Below are positions 1 to 9,777 of a stretch of DNA of 60,867 nt, piece after piece. The number at the start of each line of letters is the position of its first letter. Positions within the stretch are counted from its first letter, which is position 1. The notes under the pieces were generated by a model, which was not told where the DNA came from, searched no databases, and saw only the letters and a program-made list of their open reading frames with translations. Made by a program: the position numbers and the translations under genes. Source of the stretch: Cryomorphaceae bacterium (lineage in GTDB: Bacteria > Bacteroidota > Bacteroidia > Flavobacteriales_D > Crocinitomicaceae); NCBI GenBank assembly GCA_021300505.1, contig JAJTDQ010000019.1:1-60867 (forward strand), given 5' to 3'.

Positions 1-651
1 ATGAAAGACACATTTGTGGATACACTTCGCTCACGCATTTCAGCGAAGGACAAATCCTTTCCTTTGCGGATTGAGTCGAGCAGAAAAGGTGGCATGTATA
101 CACCATTGGATACGCTTACCTTTTCGGTAAATGGTAAAATAACAGCCCTAGACAGTGGGTTTATTTTCGTAAAAAACTTAAGCGACTCGAGCTTCGTTCC
201 CTTTCAGCTTGCCTATCGCGGTATAAACCAGTTTACTGTTGTTCCCACAACCAAAGTAGAAAAAGGGGTGGTGATCTTTAAAAAAGGATCCATCAATTGT
301 GGGAGCACCCAGAAGATGGATTCTACCGGATTTACGTTTCATTATGGAGAAATCGAAGACTTTGGGGTCCTCGACGCTGTGTTAAGTGACTTTACTGGCC
401 CATTAATTCTTCAGTTAAAGAGGGGCAACGAAACATTAGATGAACGGCCCTGCGTGGGGGGAACAACTGTTCGATTCAACGACTTGGAGCCTGCTGAATA
501 TACCTTTGTTCTGATTGAAGACAGAGACGGCAATGGCAAATGGAGCGGTGGTGATATAAAACAACGCATTCAACCTGAGCAAGTCTTTCGCTTCTCGAAG
601 CCCACAAAAGTGCGTGCAAATTGGGATGTTTCTGTAGAATTACAACCTTAA
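1..651 (+). CDS. hypothetical protein, possibly 5'-truncated by the window edge (C-terminal region with a 'DRDGNGKWSGGD' motif)
   Basis: ORF starts at base 1 and stops at 649-651. It lies 3 nt upstream of the next same-strand gene. No family could be assigned by eye. Confidence 0.5.
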   Translation: MKDTFVDTLRSRISAKDKSFPLRIESSRKGGMYTPLDTLTFSVNGKITALDSGFIFVKNLSDSSFVPFQLAYRGINQFTVVPTTKVEKGVVIFKKGSINCGSTQKMDSTGFTFHYGEIEDFGVLDAVLSDFTGPLILQLKRGNETLDERPCVGGTTVRFNDLEPAEYTFVLIEDRDGNGKWSGGDIKQRIQPEQVFRFSKPTKVRANWDVSVELQP

Positions 652-654
652 GTT

Positions 655-1842
655 ATGGAAGCGCAGCACGACATCCTAAAAAAATCCTTCAAGCCATGGA
701 AAATTTGGGTTGCGGTTGGACTAGGGTTGTTGATTGCGGGAGTCATGCTGTTTTCAGGTGTTCGACAAGTGCAATTTATGAAGGTTGCCGAGGGAAAGGG
801 TAATTACATTTGGAAGGATGCCAATAAAAACGGTAAAGTCGATATCCACAACAGTCACGAGTTCATTTCCGTGCCTAAAGGCAACTACATCAAGCAACGC
901 GCCTCTGATGCCTTAAAGCTGTTGGAATGGTCAAGCTCATCCATTCTTTGGATCTTCATTGCCTTACTTTTTATGATTGGTCGTGACCTTTTCTACATGA
1001 TTCGAATTCGCGTCTTGACGCACAAAAAACTCGGGTGGAAATCCTCATTCCATGTGATTATGTTGTGGGAGTTTGCCTCAGCACTTTCACCGGGTGTTGT
1101 TGGTGGAGCCGCTGTTGCCATGTTCATTTTACATCGGGAGAAAATACCACTTGGAAGGTCTACAGCCATTGTTTTCATCACCACCATGATGGACAATCTG
1201 TTTTATGTCCTGATGATTCCGCTTGTCTTTCTATTTATCGATAGCTCCACCCTTTTTCCTGAAAACACCACTTACAGCATGGGTGTTCAATTGGTGTTTT
1301 GGATTGGGTTTACCATCATTTTAATTGCTTGTCTTTTCTTGTTTCTTGCAGTGTTTATTTTGCCTTCTTGGGCTGCGTGGTTCTTAAATACACTCTTCAA
1401 ACTTCCTTTCTTAAAACGATGGAAAGAAGGAGCGTCACGAACAGCCGATGACTTAATGGTTTCCTCTAAAGAGTTGCGCAAAGAGCCGATTTATTTTTGG
1501 GTGGGTGCATTTGCTTCCACCTGTGGCAGTTGGATTTGTCGCTACTTAGTTATCAATGTCTTGCTACAAGCCTTTTTGCATTTAGGAATCATGGACCATA
1601 TTCTCATCCTTGGAAAACAATTGGTGCTATGGATCTTTATGTTGATTAGTCCAACACCTGGAGGAAGTGGTGTTGCAGAATATGCCTTTGGAGAATTGCT
1701 GATGCCTTTTGGAATGTCGGCAGCGATGCTTGCAGGAATTGCGGTATTGTGGCGGTTGATTTCTTATTTCCCTTACCTCTTCATCGGAGCTCTTCTATTG
1801 CCGCGCTGGGTAAAACAAACAGGTCAGTCGGGCTTGAAATAA
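655..1842 (+). CDS. flippase-like / lysylphosphatidylglycerol-synthase transmembrane-region family membrane protein
   Basis: Multi-pass hydrophobic protein with a C-terminal 'SPTPGGSGVAEYAFGELL' motif typical of the LPG_synthase_TM (UPF0104) family. Confidence 0.65.
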   Translation: MEAQHDILKKSFKPWKIWVAVGLGLLIAGVMLFSGVRQVQFMKVAEGKGNYIWKDANKNGKVDIHNSHEFISVPKGNYIKQRASDALKLLEWSSSSILWIFIALLFMIGRDLFYMIRIRVLTHKKLGWKSSFHVIMLWEFASALSPGVVGGAAVAMFILHREKIPLGRSTAIVFITTMMDNLFYVLMIPLVFLFIDSSTLFPENTTYSMGVQLVFWIGFTIILIACLFLFLAVFILPSWAAWFLNTLFKLPFLKRWKEGASRTADDLMVSSKELRKEPIYFWVGAFASTCGSWICRYLVINVLLQAFLHLGIMDHILILGKQLVLWIFMLISPTPGGSGVAEYAFGELLMPFGMSAAMLAGIAVLWRLISYFPYLFIGALLLPRWVKQTGQSGLK

Positions 1843-2411
1843 AGCGTATATGCGGTTGTAGAAACAACTGCCGCCAAGACATAAGCTAGTTCGGGAACAA
1901 GCACGAAATGTGCGATTCCAAGCGCAAGTCCTACACCTCCAATCAACATAAAATACATCTTGAAATGCTGCTGCCAAAAAATGGAACTTTGTACTGTTCT
2001 GAATTTTCCCCGCATTAAAAATTCCATGCGGTAGCGCTGAATGGCCACAAATAAAACCAAAGGAATCAATACATAACCCTGCGCTATTCCCATGTCTTCA
2101 TACGACCAAAACGCAAGCGCTTCTTTTTTAAAATCAATTCCAGGAACAGCGACAGCAACGAAGACATGTACCACGAACAATGTTACCACAAACAACATCA
2201 TTGATATCATCGCTTGTTTCAATTCACGTTTTTTCTGACCGTTGTATTCATGAATTTTTCTAGCAGATAAATGCGCTATAATCTCTGAAGCCAGTAAATC
2301 CAGCAGATAAAATAAAAGGATAAAATAGAGGCTCCATTCCCATAGAAAAAAGCCCATGAGCGGAATTGCCGCATCAGCTGCCACTTGAATAATCTTCGGA
2401 TTCAATTTCAT
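1824..2411 (-). CDS. multi-pass membrane protein of unknown function
   Basis: 195 aa ORF with about 6 hydrophobic helices. Its end overlaps the preceding convergent gene by 19 nt. Confidence 0.55.
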   Translation of the reverse strand: MKLNPKIIQVAADAAIPLMGFFLWEWSLYFILLFYLLDLLASEIIAHLSARKIHEYNGQKKRELKQAMISMMLFVVTLFVVHVFVAVAVPGIDFKKEALAFWSYEDMGIAQGYVLIPLVLFVAIQRYRMEFLMRGKFRTVQSSIFWQQHFKMYFMLIGGVGLALGIAHFVLVPELAYVLAAVVSTTAYTLYFKPD

Positions 2412-2414
2412 CGC

Positions 2415-3464
2415 TTAAAGTAGCGCCTCAATACGGTCCTTTGAGATCTGCATGTTTGGATCGTATTTGATCGCCCAGCGGTATGCTGTAATTGCCTTGA
2501 TACGCTCCCCTTTTTGTTCATAGCATACACCTAGGTTGTGCCATGCGTTGGCAAGGGTTGGATTACTTAGGGTAGCTGAATTATAATAGTAGATGGCACT
2601 ATCTATTTCTTTATAATCATATTGTTTGATGACGCCGATTTGATTCAGCGCTTGTGCCTGATAAAAGGCGGTATCCAATAGAACCATTTTGCGATAGAGG
2701 CGCAATGCTTCCCTTGGTTCATTAAACATTTGTTTCGCGTAAGCGAGCGAGAAAATGACTTCAGGATTCTTTGGCTGAAGCTTCACTGCTGTGGTGTAAT
2801 ACTCCATGCAGATGGGATTTCCTTCGGCCTCATAAAGCATTCCCAACATCAAATCTGCCTCATAAAATTTTGGGTCTTCCTGTACTGCCCGTTCATAGGC
2901 TTCTTTCGCTTTATCGAGGTATCTTGGGTCTTCCTCCATTTGCGCCAATAAACGATAAATGGATCCCTCCAAGGTATAGGAGTCTCTATTTCTAGGATCA
3001 ATTTTTTGTGCTTTACGGATGTACTTGAAGGCACTTTCGAAATCCATAAGCTGAGCATACGACGACGCCAATCCAACTAAAACTGTCGCATTTTTTGGTT
3101 GTTGTTTCAACAAAACCTTGTAGTGTCTTTTCGCTATTGCTTTGTCATCTTCAGATCGTTCTGGACTATTGTTCAACACATTGGCATACAAGAGCCGCGC
3201 GTCAAACACGGTGCTATCCTTACCAAATGCCGTAGCGGCATCCTTTAAGGCGCCTTTAAAATCCTGTGTTTTCATGCGATGATTTCCACGCTTTACTAAA
3301 GCTTCGACCAACAGTTTTCGTGCTTCCTCATTTTTTGGGTCAGCATCGAATTCCTTTTGACGATAAACCACCAAGCTATCTAAATCTTTAGGAACTTTCG
3401 CTGTTTGCTCATTTCCTTTACAGGAAGCAAAAAGAAGGACTGTAATCAATATTAGCTGTTTCAT
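2415..3464 (-). CDS. TPR-repeat lipoprotein
   Basis: Signal peptide plus lipobox ('LLFASC'), followed by repeated 34-aa TPR-like A/Y/L patterns throughout. Confidence 0.75.
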   Translation of the reverse strand: MKQLILITVLLFASCKGNEQTAKVPKDLDSLVVYRQKEFDADPKNEEARKLLVEALVKRGNHRMKTQDFKGALKDAATAFGKDSTVFDARLLYANVLNNSPERSEDDKAIAKRHYKVLLKQQPKNATVLVGLASSYAQLMDFESAFKYIRKAQKIDPRNRDSYTLEGSIYRLLAQMEEDPRYLDKAKEAYERAVQEDPKFYEADLMLGMLYEAEGNPICMEYYTTAVKLQPKNPEVIFSLAYAKQMFNEPREALRLYRKMVLLDTAFYQAQALNQIGVIKQYDYKEIDSAIYYYNSATLSNPTLANAWHNLGVCYEQKGERIKAITAYRWAIKYDPNMQISKDRIEALL

Positions 3465-3595
3465 GAAGCGTGCTTGAAATCGAACGTCAAAGTTACGCTA
3501 AAATCCGTGGATTCCGATTGGCAAAATAAAGAAGAATAGCCGTGATTTATTCGAATTAAAAAAGCGTGAATAGCATTTTGTAGTACTTTTGTTTC

Positions 3596-3838
3596 ATGAA
3601 AATTCGTCAGCTCATTTTATCTTTCGCAATACTATTCGTATGCGCTGGACATTCTTTTTCACAGGGATGTTCACAATGCCGTATGATGACAGATCAAGGG
3701 TCGGGATTGGATGAAGGGTCTTTTGGAAACAACATCAACTCGGGTATCCTGTACTTGATGATTATACCCTATTTATTGATTCTATTTTTATTCCGCCACC
3801 GCATTATCTCCTTTTTTCGCGGATTGGCCAAAAAATAA
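3596..3838 (+). CDS. small membrane protein (signal peptide plus C-terminal TM helix)
   Basis: 80 aa ORF with a hydrophobic N-terminus and C-terminus. A hairpin terminator follows immediately. Confidence 0.45.
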   Translation: MKIRQLILSFAILFVCAGHSFSQGCSQCRMMTDQGSGLDEGSFGNNINSGILYLMIIPYLLILFLFRHRIISFFRGLAKK

Positions 3839-3862
3839 AAAAACCCGACGAATCGGGTTTTA
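3836..3862. terminator. bidirectional rho-independent terminator
   Basis: Stem ACCCGA/TCGGGT (3843-3848 / 3853-3858) with a CGAA loop, an A-run upstream and a T-run downstream. It sits between convergent genes. Confidence 0.6.
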
Positions 3863-3889
3863 AAACGAATATCTATATTGTCGCTTATC

Positions 3890-4850
3890 TTATCGCTTTT
3901 TGAACAAGGCGTGACTCAAGTTTGTGTAAGACAAAGAGAACTCAAGTGATCCACCTTTGTACGCACGCACCATCGACGATACTGTCGCATCGTAAGAAAT
4001 GCCGAAACGGAAACCGCGGAAGTCCACCGTAATCGATGGAATAATGGCATCATTCAAACGGTAATAGGCACCAAAGCCAAAGTACGCATCTTGACTATGG
4101 CCCGTAATTTTTGTTCCGTCTTGAAAACGGTATTTTAACATCATTCCAAGGATTGTCTCCATGTGTGGTCCTTGTATGAATTGTAACAAACTTGCTGTAC
4201 ATGCGCTCACCATCAACCGTCGCATACTTTAATACTGGCCGATTTAAGTGATACCCAGAAACACCAAACTGTAGTTTAAAGTCATTGTTTCGGGCAAAGG
4301 TTGATTTACCGCCATCATAGACATAATAAATTCCAGCAGAAGCATCGACGTAGCGAAATGATGCAGATGCGGCTTCGCCTGATGCAAGTGTTTGGTCAAA
4401 CCCTGTTCCTGCCCATTGAGACGAAAAACTCAATTTTGAATAATCGGCAGTTCTATTTCCAAATCCACCCTGAACACCGGCTGATAAAATATGTCCTGTT
4501 CTACCCATTGGCAAGATTCCACTCAAGGTGACAGCCCCCGTCTGATTTCCAAAACGTGAATCACCGCCAATATCGTTATAAAACAACAAGCCTAAACCCA
4601 TATGGGCTTTCGAATTGTCACGGCTCTTTCCAAAGTTGGCATCAGCAGCAATAGCGCTTGTCATGAACTGTGTTCCTGCTCCGAGCCATTGATTGCGGTG
4701 ATTGACAACCACACGTTCCCATCCGTCGTACACACCCGCACAGGCTGGGTTTATCAACAAAGGTGTTTGTGCGGTTTGAGAGAAATGTATGTCCTGAGCT
4801 GCGCTTAAAAGTGGAAGCGCAAAGGCAAATGCGATTAATCCTCTTTTCAT
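3890..4850 (-). pseudogene. PorP/SprF-family T9SS membrane protein, reading frame broken
   Basis: The N-terminal ORF (4850->4095) has a signal peptide plus 'QDIHFSQ...PLLINPACAG'. The C-terminal ORF (4225->3890), in another frame, ends 'GISYDATVSSM...GGSLEFSLSY'. The 961 nt span is not a multiple of 3. Confidence 0.8.
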
Positions 4851-4852
4851 AC

Positions 4853-7800
4853 TTATCGGATTAATGTGATATTACCTGAACGTGTTTCTTCAATGCCTGT
4901 GACAAACTTCACATCAAGGATGTATGCATAAACTCCAGCGTTGCATGGTTTGCCGTCATAGCTTCCATCCCAAGTGAAGTTTTTGTCGCTCGTTTGAATC
5001 ATCTTGTTCCCCCAACGATCGTAGATGTACAATGTAAAGCTGGCCACATCTTGTCCGACAAGAATTTCCAACGTTTCGTTCATGTCCGGTCCATTTCCAT
5101 TTGGCGAGAATCCTGTTGGAAGATAGATGCCATTGATACAATCGATACCCGCATTGTTTGGATCACATGGATCAAATGGATTGCTTCCATTTGCGATTTC
5201 ATCAATATCCAATAAGCCATCGCTGTCGCAATCTATACCTGAAGTGATCGGCAGCGTAATCGAAGCAATCACATAAGAACATGGGTCTGTTGAAACCGTT
5301 CCGTCAATCAATTCTTGCGCATCTGTGACACCATCTGTGTCAGTATCTAACTGGCAATCAGGAGATGAATCATCTGGATCACATGGATTCAATGGATTTG
5401 AACCATTTGTTACCTCAGTCCCATCATTTATTCCATCACCATCTGTATCTGGGTTAGTAGGATTTGTACCTTCTGTTCCCTCTTGAGCATTTGTTAAACC
5501 GTCATTGTCTTGGTCACAAGGACCTGCGTTTATGTTTGGAACACAAGGGTCTGTATTTGCTGGGTCTGCCTCATCAAACACACCATCGCCATCCGTATCC
5601 ACAATGGAAGATTCTAGCGCATCGATGATTCCATCGCCGTCTGTATCAAGCGGAGTTAAAATATTTGCACCTACTTCTAAGCTGTCGTTTTCTCCATCAG
5701 CATCCGTATCAGGATTGTTTGGGTCGGTTCCGATGACACCTTCATCCACATTCAACAAACCATCATCGTCTAAATCTGGATTATCCACGATGAATACCGC
5801 AATGATATTTTCAACTCCATTGATGTTGATACTGTTGGTGTCTTCTGTTACAACCGCACCAAGTGGTCCCGTTGTATATTCCCAATGGTCGAAAAGAAAT
5901 CCTGGGTTGGCCTTCGCAATTAAGTTAGTGTTTATTCCACCAAAGTAACTTGTTGACCAAGGGTAGGTTGGCGCCCAAATTGAGTTCACTTTGATCTCGC
6001 CGGAAAGCGGTGGCGAAACATTGAATGTCACAGCATAAGGTCCTGAAAGTTGGTAGCAATCGATCAGACCTTGCGCTAATGCAGCACAACGTGTGTTCAT
6101 GAACGTTTGCAATTGTGCCACTCGCGACTGCCAACCTGTAAATGTTCCTCCCCACTTGGTGACTTGTCCTTGCATTTCAGGCGAAATCTCATTCACCATA
6201 CTGTCCAACAATTGGTTCATGTAGTCACACGAAAAGTAGGTATTCACCAAGTCTATGTAGCGCGTAACATAATACTGCTCAACAGCTGGGTTTTCATTGA
6301 TTAACTTTTCCAGAATGTCTGTATGACCTTGTCCTCCTGGGTTTGGAAGGTTTTCAGCGTTGCATGGATCAGCATTTGCTGATGCATCAGGAATTCCTGT
6401 ATAATTGATATAGTGTCCAAAAGTAGCGTCCATATCCCACAAAGCATAGCGCCATTTTTTCTTATCTCCTAGTGGGTCCATTCCTCTCCACCATGCTGTA
6501 TTCCAATTCAACCAGTCTTGATTTACCACGTAAGAATTGAAAACGAAATAATCACACAACGACTGCCAGTTCAACAAACTATCTACATAATTAAAGTTGG
6601 TTGCGTTGGCCATGTTATTCGTAAGAATATAGTTACGCAATGCATTCCAATCAGGCTGTGCGTTTGGCGCACCATAATCTTGCCATGTTCCTCCCCAAGT
6701 TTTTAAATATTGTAAGTTGTATTTGTTTTGATCGTAGTAATAATTTGTGTAATCATGGTCATCCGCTTTTTCGCGAATTTCATATACCCCCCAATATTGA
6801 CCATTGAGATAAACGATACATGGTCGCCAAGTTCTTTCGTCCAACTTCATGTCTGCGCGAATAGAAAGTGTATGAATAAAGGCATCGCGAATGTGTGCAC
6901 CATTTTCAAACGAATAACTATCACTTGCCGCTGGTTTAAGCATGACCCTTTGGAAATTTTCACGGGTTTTTTCTGGGAAGATTTTATGCTCAATGTCCGC
7001 AGCATACCCATATTGGTCGCGAGTGATGTAATCAAATCCACGCTGATCATAGGCCCAAGAGTCGTTTCCGTGCTTATTAAAATCACCTTGACCTTCGTCT
7101 TTAAAGGTTCCGTCTTCTTCAAACAATTCAAAGGAACCCACCTTGATTCCCCCTCCTTGCTGGCCATTGGCGACCAAATTAAATACATCCTGACTGCATA
7201 CAGATACAACAGGAATTGTGTGTGTAACGTTGATAAAATACGTGTTCGTTTCCGTGAAAGATGCCTGGTTTGTGCTGAATGCAACTGCACGCAAAACTGT
7301 TGTTGCAGAAATAGTTATTGGACCCGAATACAGTGTTGACGTTGCTGTTGGGTTTGATCCATTGGTTGTATATCGAATGGTAGCTGTTGGATCAGGGCAT
7401 GTGATTGTTACTGTTTGAGATCCAGTGTAAAACCCTGGCGCAAGACTTAGTACAGGTGTTGGGGTGTAGAAATTAATAGCACCCGTATTGTTAGCATTCG
7501 GTGTAGGTGTAGTAAACAATTTCCAATCAGGAGCAGCGTTTGTTGAACGTCCCACTGAGTGATTCGCTTTTGTCATGTGAATCAACTTGATGGAATCCAC
7601 TACACTTCCTGCTGGATTCGACAAGATAATCCAGTCTCCCTCAGTTTGCTTAAGGTTAAAGTTCGGATGGTATTCATTCGCGATGACTGTTCCTCGGCTT
7701 GAGCAAAACACCATTTTAAAACCATTGGCGTTGATATTACCGCTTGGGATTTGCCACTTCAATAGGTTATTTGAATTGTCAGAAAGATAGTATCCTGTCA

Positions 7801-7969
7801 AATCAACTGCTGCCGCAGATGTATTGTATAACTCTATCCAATCTTCACGATCACCATATGCATCTGTTGGACCAGCCACATTGGAACATGAATACTCATT
7901 GATAATAACTTGAGAAAATGCTCCAAATGAGCACGTTAAAACAGAGAGTACGAGTAAAATTCGGTTCAT
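4853..7969 (-). CDS. CotH-family protein with lamin-tail domain, thrombospondin type-3 (Asp-rich) repeats and T9SS type B (gliding motility-associated) C-terminal sorting domain
   Basis: Signal peptide and LTD-like 'VIINEY...DWIELYN'. The central region is CotH-like, followed by many 'DTDGDG/DxDxDG' repeats. The C-terminus reads 'YLPTGFSPNGNG...NETL...WDG...GVYAY...GNITLIR'. Confidence 0.75.
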   Translation of the reverse strand: MNRILLVLSVLTCSFGAFSQVIINEYSCSNVAGPTDAYGDREDWIELYNTSAAAVDLTGYYLSDNSNNLLKWQIPSGNINANGFKMVFCSSRGTVIANEYHPNFNLKQTEGDWIILSNPAGSVVDSIKLIHMTKANHSVGRSTNAAPDWKLFTTPTPNANNTGAINFYTPTPVLSLAPGFYTGSQTVTITCPDPTATIRYTTNGSNPTATSTLYSGPITISATTVLRAVAFSTNQASFTETNTYFINVTHTIPVVSVCSQDVFNLVANGQQGGGIKVGSFELFEEDGTFKDEGQGDFNKHGNDSWAYDQRGFDYITRDQYGYAADIEHKIFPEKTRENFQRVMLKPAASDSYSFENGAHIRDAFIHTLSIRADMKLDERTWRPCIVYLNGQYWGVYEIREKADDHDYTNYYYDQNKYNLQYLKTWGGTWQDYGAPNAQPDWNALRNYILTNNMANATNFNYVDSLLNWQSLCDYFVFNSYVVNQDWLNWNTAWWRGMDPLGDKKKWRYALWDMDATFGHYINYTGIPDASANADPCNAENLPNPGGQGHTDILEKLINENPAVEQYYVTRYIDLVNTYFSCDYMNQLLDSMVNEISPEMQGQVTKWGGTFTGWQSRVAQLQTFMNTRCAALAQGLIDCYQLSGPYAVTFNVSPPLSGEIKVNSIWAPTYPWSTSYFGGINTNLIAKANPGFLFDHWEYTTGPLGAVVTEDTNSININGVENIIAVFIVDNPDLDDDGLLNVDEGVIGTDPNNPDTDADGENDSLEVGANILTPLDTDGDGIIDALESSIVDTDGDGVFDEADPANTDPCVPNINAGPCDQDNDGLTNAQEGTEGTNPTNPDTDGDGINDGTEVTNGSNPLNPCDPDDSSPDCQLDTDTDGVTDAQELIDGTVSTDPCSYVIASITLPITSGIDCDSDGLLDIDEIANGSNPFDPCDPNNAGIDCINGIYLPTGFSPNGNGPDMNETLEILVGQDVASFTLYIYDRWGNKMIQTSDKNFTWDGSYDGKPCNAGVYAYILDVKFVTGIEETRSGNITLIR

Positions 7970-8120
7970 AATTTCGTTTTAGGTTTGGTTTTCATCTTGC
8001 ATTTACATGCAAAACTTGTCAATATTACGAATATATTAAATGAATTCGTAGCTTTGAGACGTTTAAAACACGTGTAAAGTTGTTTTTTCACAATTCTTCA
8101 TCACATAAAATATTCACAAA

Positions 8121-8534
8121 ATGAAACGCATTCTTGTTGCTTTTGGATTCTCTGTAGTGGCAATCTTTCTTTTTTCTGCTTGTCAAAAAGTAGAAGGTCA
8201 AGGTGGTTCTTCATCTATTATTGGAAAAATTACTGTGAACAACTACAATGTTGGCGGGTCAATTCTCGAAGGTGTTTATCCAGGATCAGATGAAAAAGTG
8301 TACATCTGCTATGGTGAGGGAAACACAATTCCAAGCGACGATGTAAATGCAAGTTATGATGGTACATTTGAATTCAAATACCTTCAACCAGGTAAATACA
8401 CCTTGTATGTTTATGAGGATGTTTTGCCCGAACCCGCCAATGCGGACAAACAAAAAGCAGTAATTGTAACTGTTGAAGTTACCGGCAAGAAAAGCACCGT
8501 TGATGCTGGTGAAATCGTGATTAAGAAAAACTAA
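8121..8534 (+). CDS. small lipoprotein (carboxypeptidase-regulatory-like beta-sandwich?)
   Basis: Lipobox 'LFSAC' and a 137 aa beta-rich sequence. Confidence 0.5.
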   Translation: MKRILVAFGFSVVAIFLFSACQKVEGQGGSSSIIGKITVNNYNVGGSILEGVYPGSDEKVYICYGEGNTIPSDDVNASYDGTFEFKYLQPGKYTLYVYEDVLPEPANADKQKAVIVTVEVTGKKSTVDAGEIVIKKN

Positions 8535-8535
8535 A

Positions 8536-9216
8536 GTGAAAAAATTTCTTGTTGTTTTTACTTTATTCTTTGTTTCGTTGACCGTTTATTCTCAACGTTC
8601 AATTGGCATGTTGTGGGCTGATGTTGGTGTTAAAGGTCAAATCACGAAAGATCTTGAATATGGTGTAAGTTTTACTTCACGCACAAGTGCCGCATCAAAT
8701 CAGACATTTTTTCCACAAGTTACACTGAAGTACAAAGTCACAAAATGGCTTAAGCCTTCAGTGGACTATCGTGGAATTTATGACCTTGATAAATATGGAA
8801 ATTTCCTGTTTAGAAACCGATTAAACTTCAATACTGAGTTTAAATACGCAAAGAAGCGATTGGATTTGCGTGCACGTGTTCGCTACCAATATTCATTCAA
8901 TACACTGAGTGCTAATTCCGGTTATGATGCTGAATTTGACCAAGCCGTTCGACTGAAAACTCAATTTCAATATGATTTGAAAAACACTTTTTTTTCTCCC
9001 ATTTTAAGCTTTGAACTTTTCTACAAACCTGGGTTTGGTCCAGATGGAAGACAACTGAAGAAATACCGGGGATTTGCTGGAGTAGCTCTTGAGATAGACG
9101 GCCCACACGATATTAGTTTGGGCTATATACTCGATCAGCAAATGAACTCATCAAACCCTTTGACGAAGCATATTTTATCTGTGTCTTACACGTACAACAT
9201 CCCTTCAAACAATTGA
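8536..9216 (+). CDS. putative outer-membrane beta-barrel protein (DUF2490-like)
   Basis: GTG start 1 nt after the previous stop, a signal peptide, alternating amphipathic beta-strand pattern and an aromatic C-terminus. Confidence 0.5.
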   Translation: MKKFLVVFTLFFVSLTVYSQRSIGMLWADVGVKGQITKDLEYGVSFTSRTSAASNQTFFPQVTLKYKVTKWLKPSVDYRGIYDLDKYGNFLFRNRLNFNTEFKYAKKRLDLRARVRYQYSFNTLSANSGYDAEFDQAVRLKTQFQYDLKNTFFSPILSFELFYKPGFGPDGRQLKKYRGFAGVALEIDGPHDISLGYILDQQMNSSNPLTKHILSVSYTYNIPSNN

Positions 9217-9249
9217 TTTTTGAGCTCAACGCTCTCGAAATACCTCTTT

Positions 9250-9777
9250 TTACTCCGTTGGTTTTTCCACCAAAAACGTAAGGTCCAACACCTCATCGAT
9301 TGCCATTTGAGTAATTCCTTGCTCTATAGTAAACGTATATTTTCCCGCTTCAGCCAATGAACATTTCAACATGCGCGGCGGATTTCCAGGGCGATCAAAC
9401 ACTTCAAATTGTCCCTCTTTACTTCGGATAAACACCACTTCCGTTTCTACAATCGTTCCCGTTTTTTTGCCTATCCAAGAGCCATCAGCATTTGTAACGG
9501 CAATTTCTACTGGCTCACGCATCGTCTCACCTTTCGGATTCTTCGTGTTCAAAAACACCCACAGGTTGCTGTACTTGTAATCCGTTGTTGTACGCAAAGT
9601 CATCACAAACACATGTTCTTTTGCTGTTTCTTTGATGTCCACCACAAAGCGTGGCTTCACGTTTTGTGCCCACGTATTGTTCTTAAAAGTATACGACCGC
9701 TCATAAAGCGCTGGTTGTTCACAAGACCATAAAACAATGAGCAAAAGAATTCCGAAAAGACTATTGCGGGCTTTCAT
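9250..9777 (-). CDS. gldH: gliding motility lipoprotein GldH
   Basis: Lipobox 'VLWSC' and the hallmark 'TTDYKYSNLWVFL' block matching the GldH 'TNDYKYSNLFL' motif. It sits in the usual holB-PSP1-gldH arrangement. Confidence 0.85.
   Translation of the reverse strand: MKARNSLFGILLLIVLWSCEQPALYERSYTFKNNTWAQNVKPRFVVDIKETAKEHVFVMTLRTTTDYKYSNLWVFLNTKNPKGETMREPVEIAVTNADGSWIGKKTGTIVETEVVFIRSKEGQFEVFDRPGNPPRMLKCSLAEAGKYTFTIEQGITQMAIDEVLDLTFLVEKPTE

Noticed and set aside
5505-5948. 147 aa S/P-rich ORF on the plus strand inside the CotH gene.
   Set aside because: It is antisense to the Asp-rich TSP3 repeat region (GAT/GAC repeats read backwards). The minus-strand 1038 aa ORF explains the region.
6728-7339. 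203 aa plus-strand and 147 aa minus-strand alternative-frame ORFs inside the CotH gene.
   Set aside because: They lie wholly within a long ORF that has recognisable domains. They have no motifs and odd composition.
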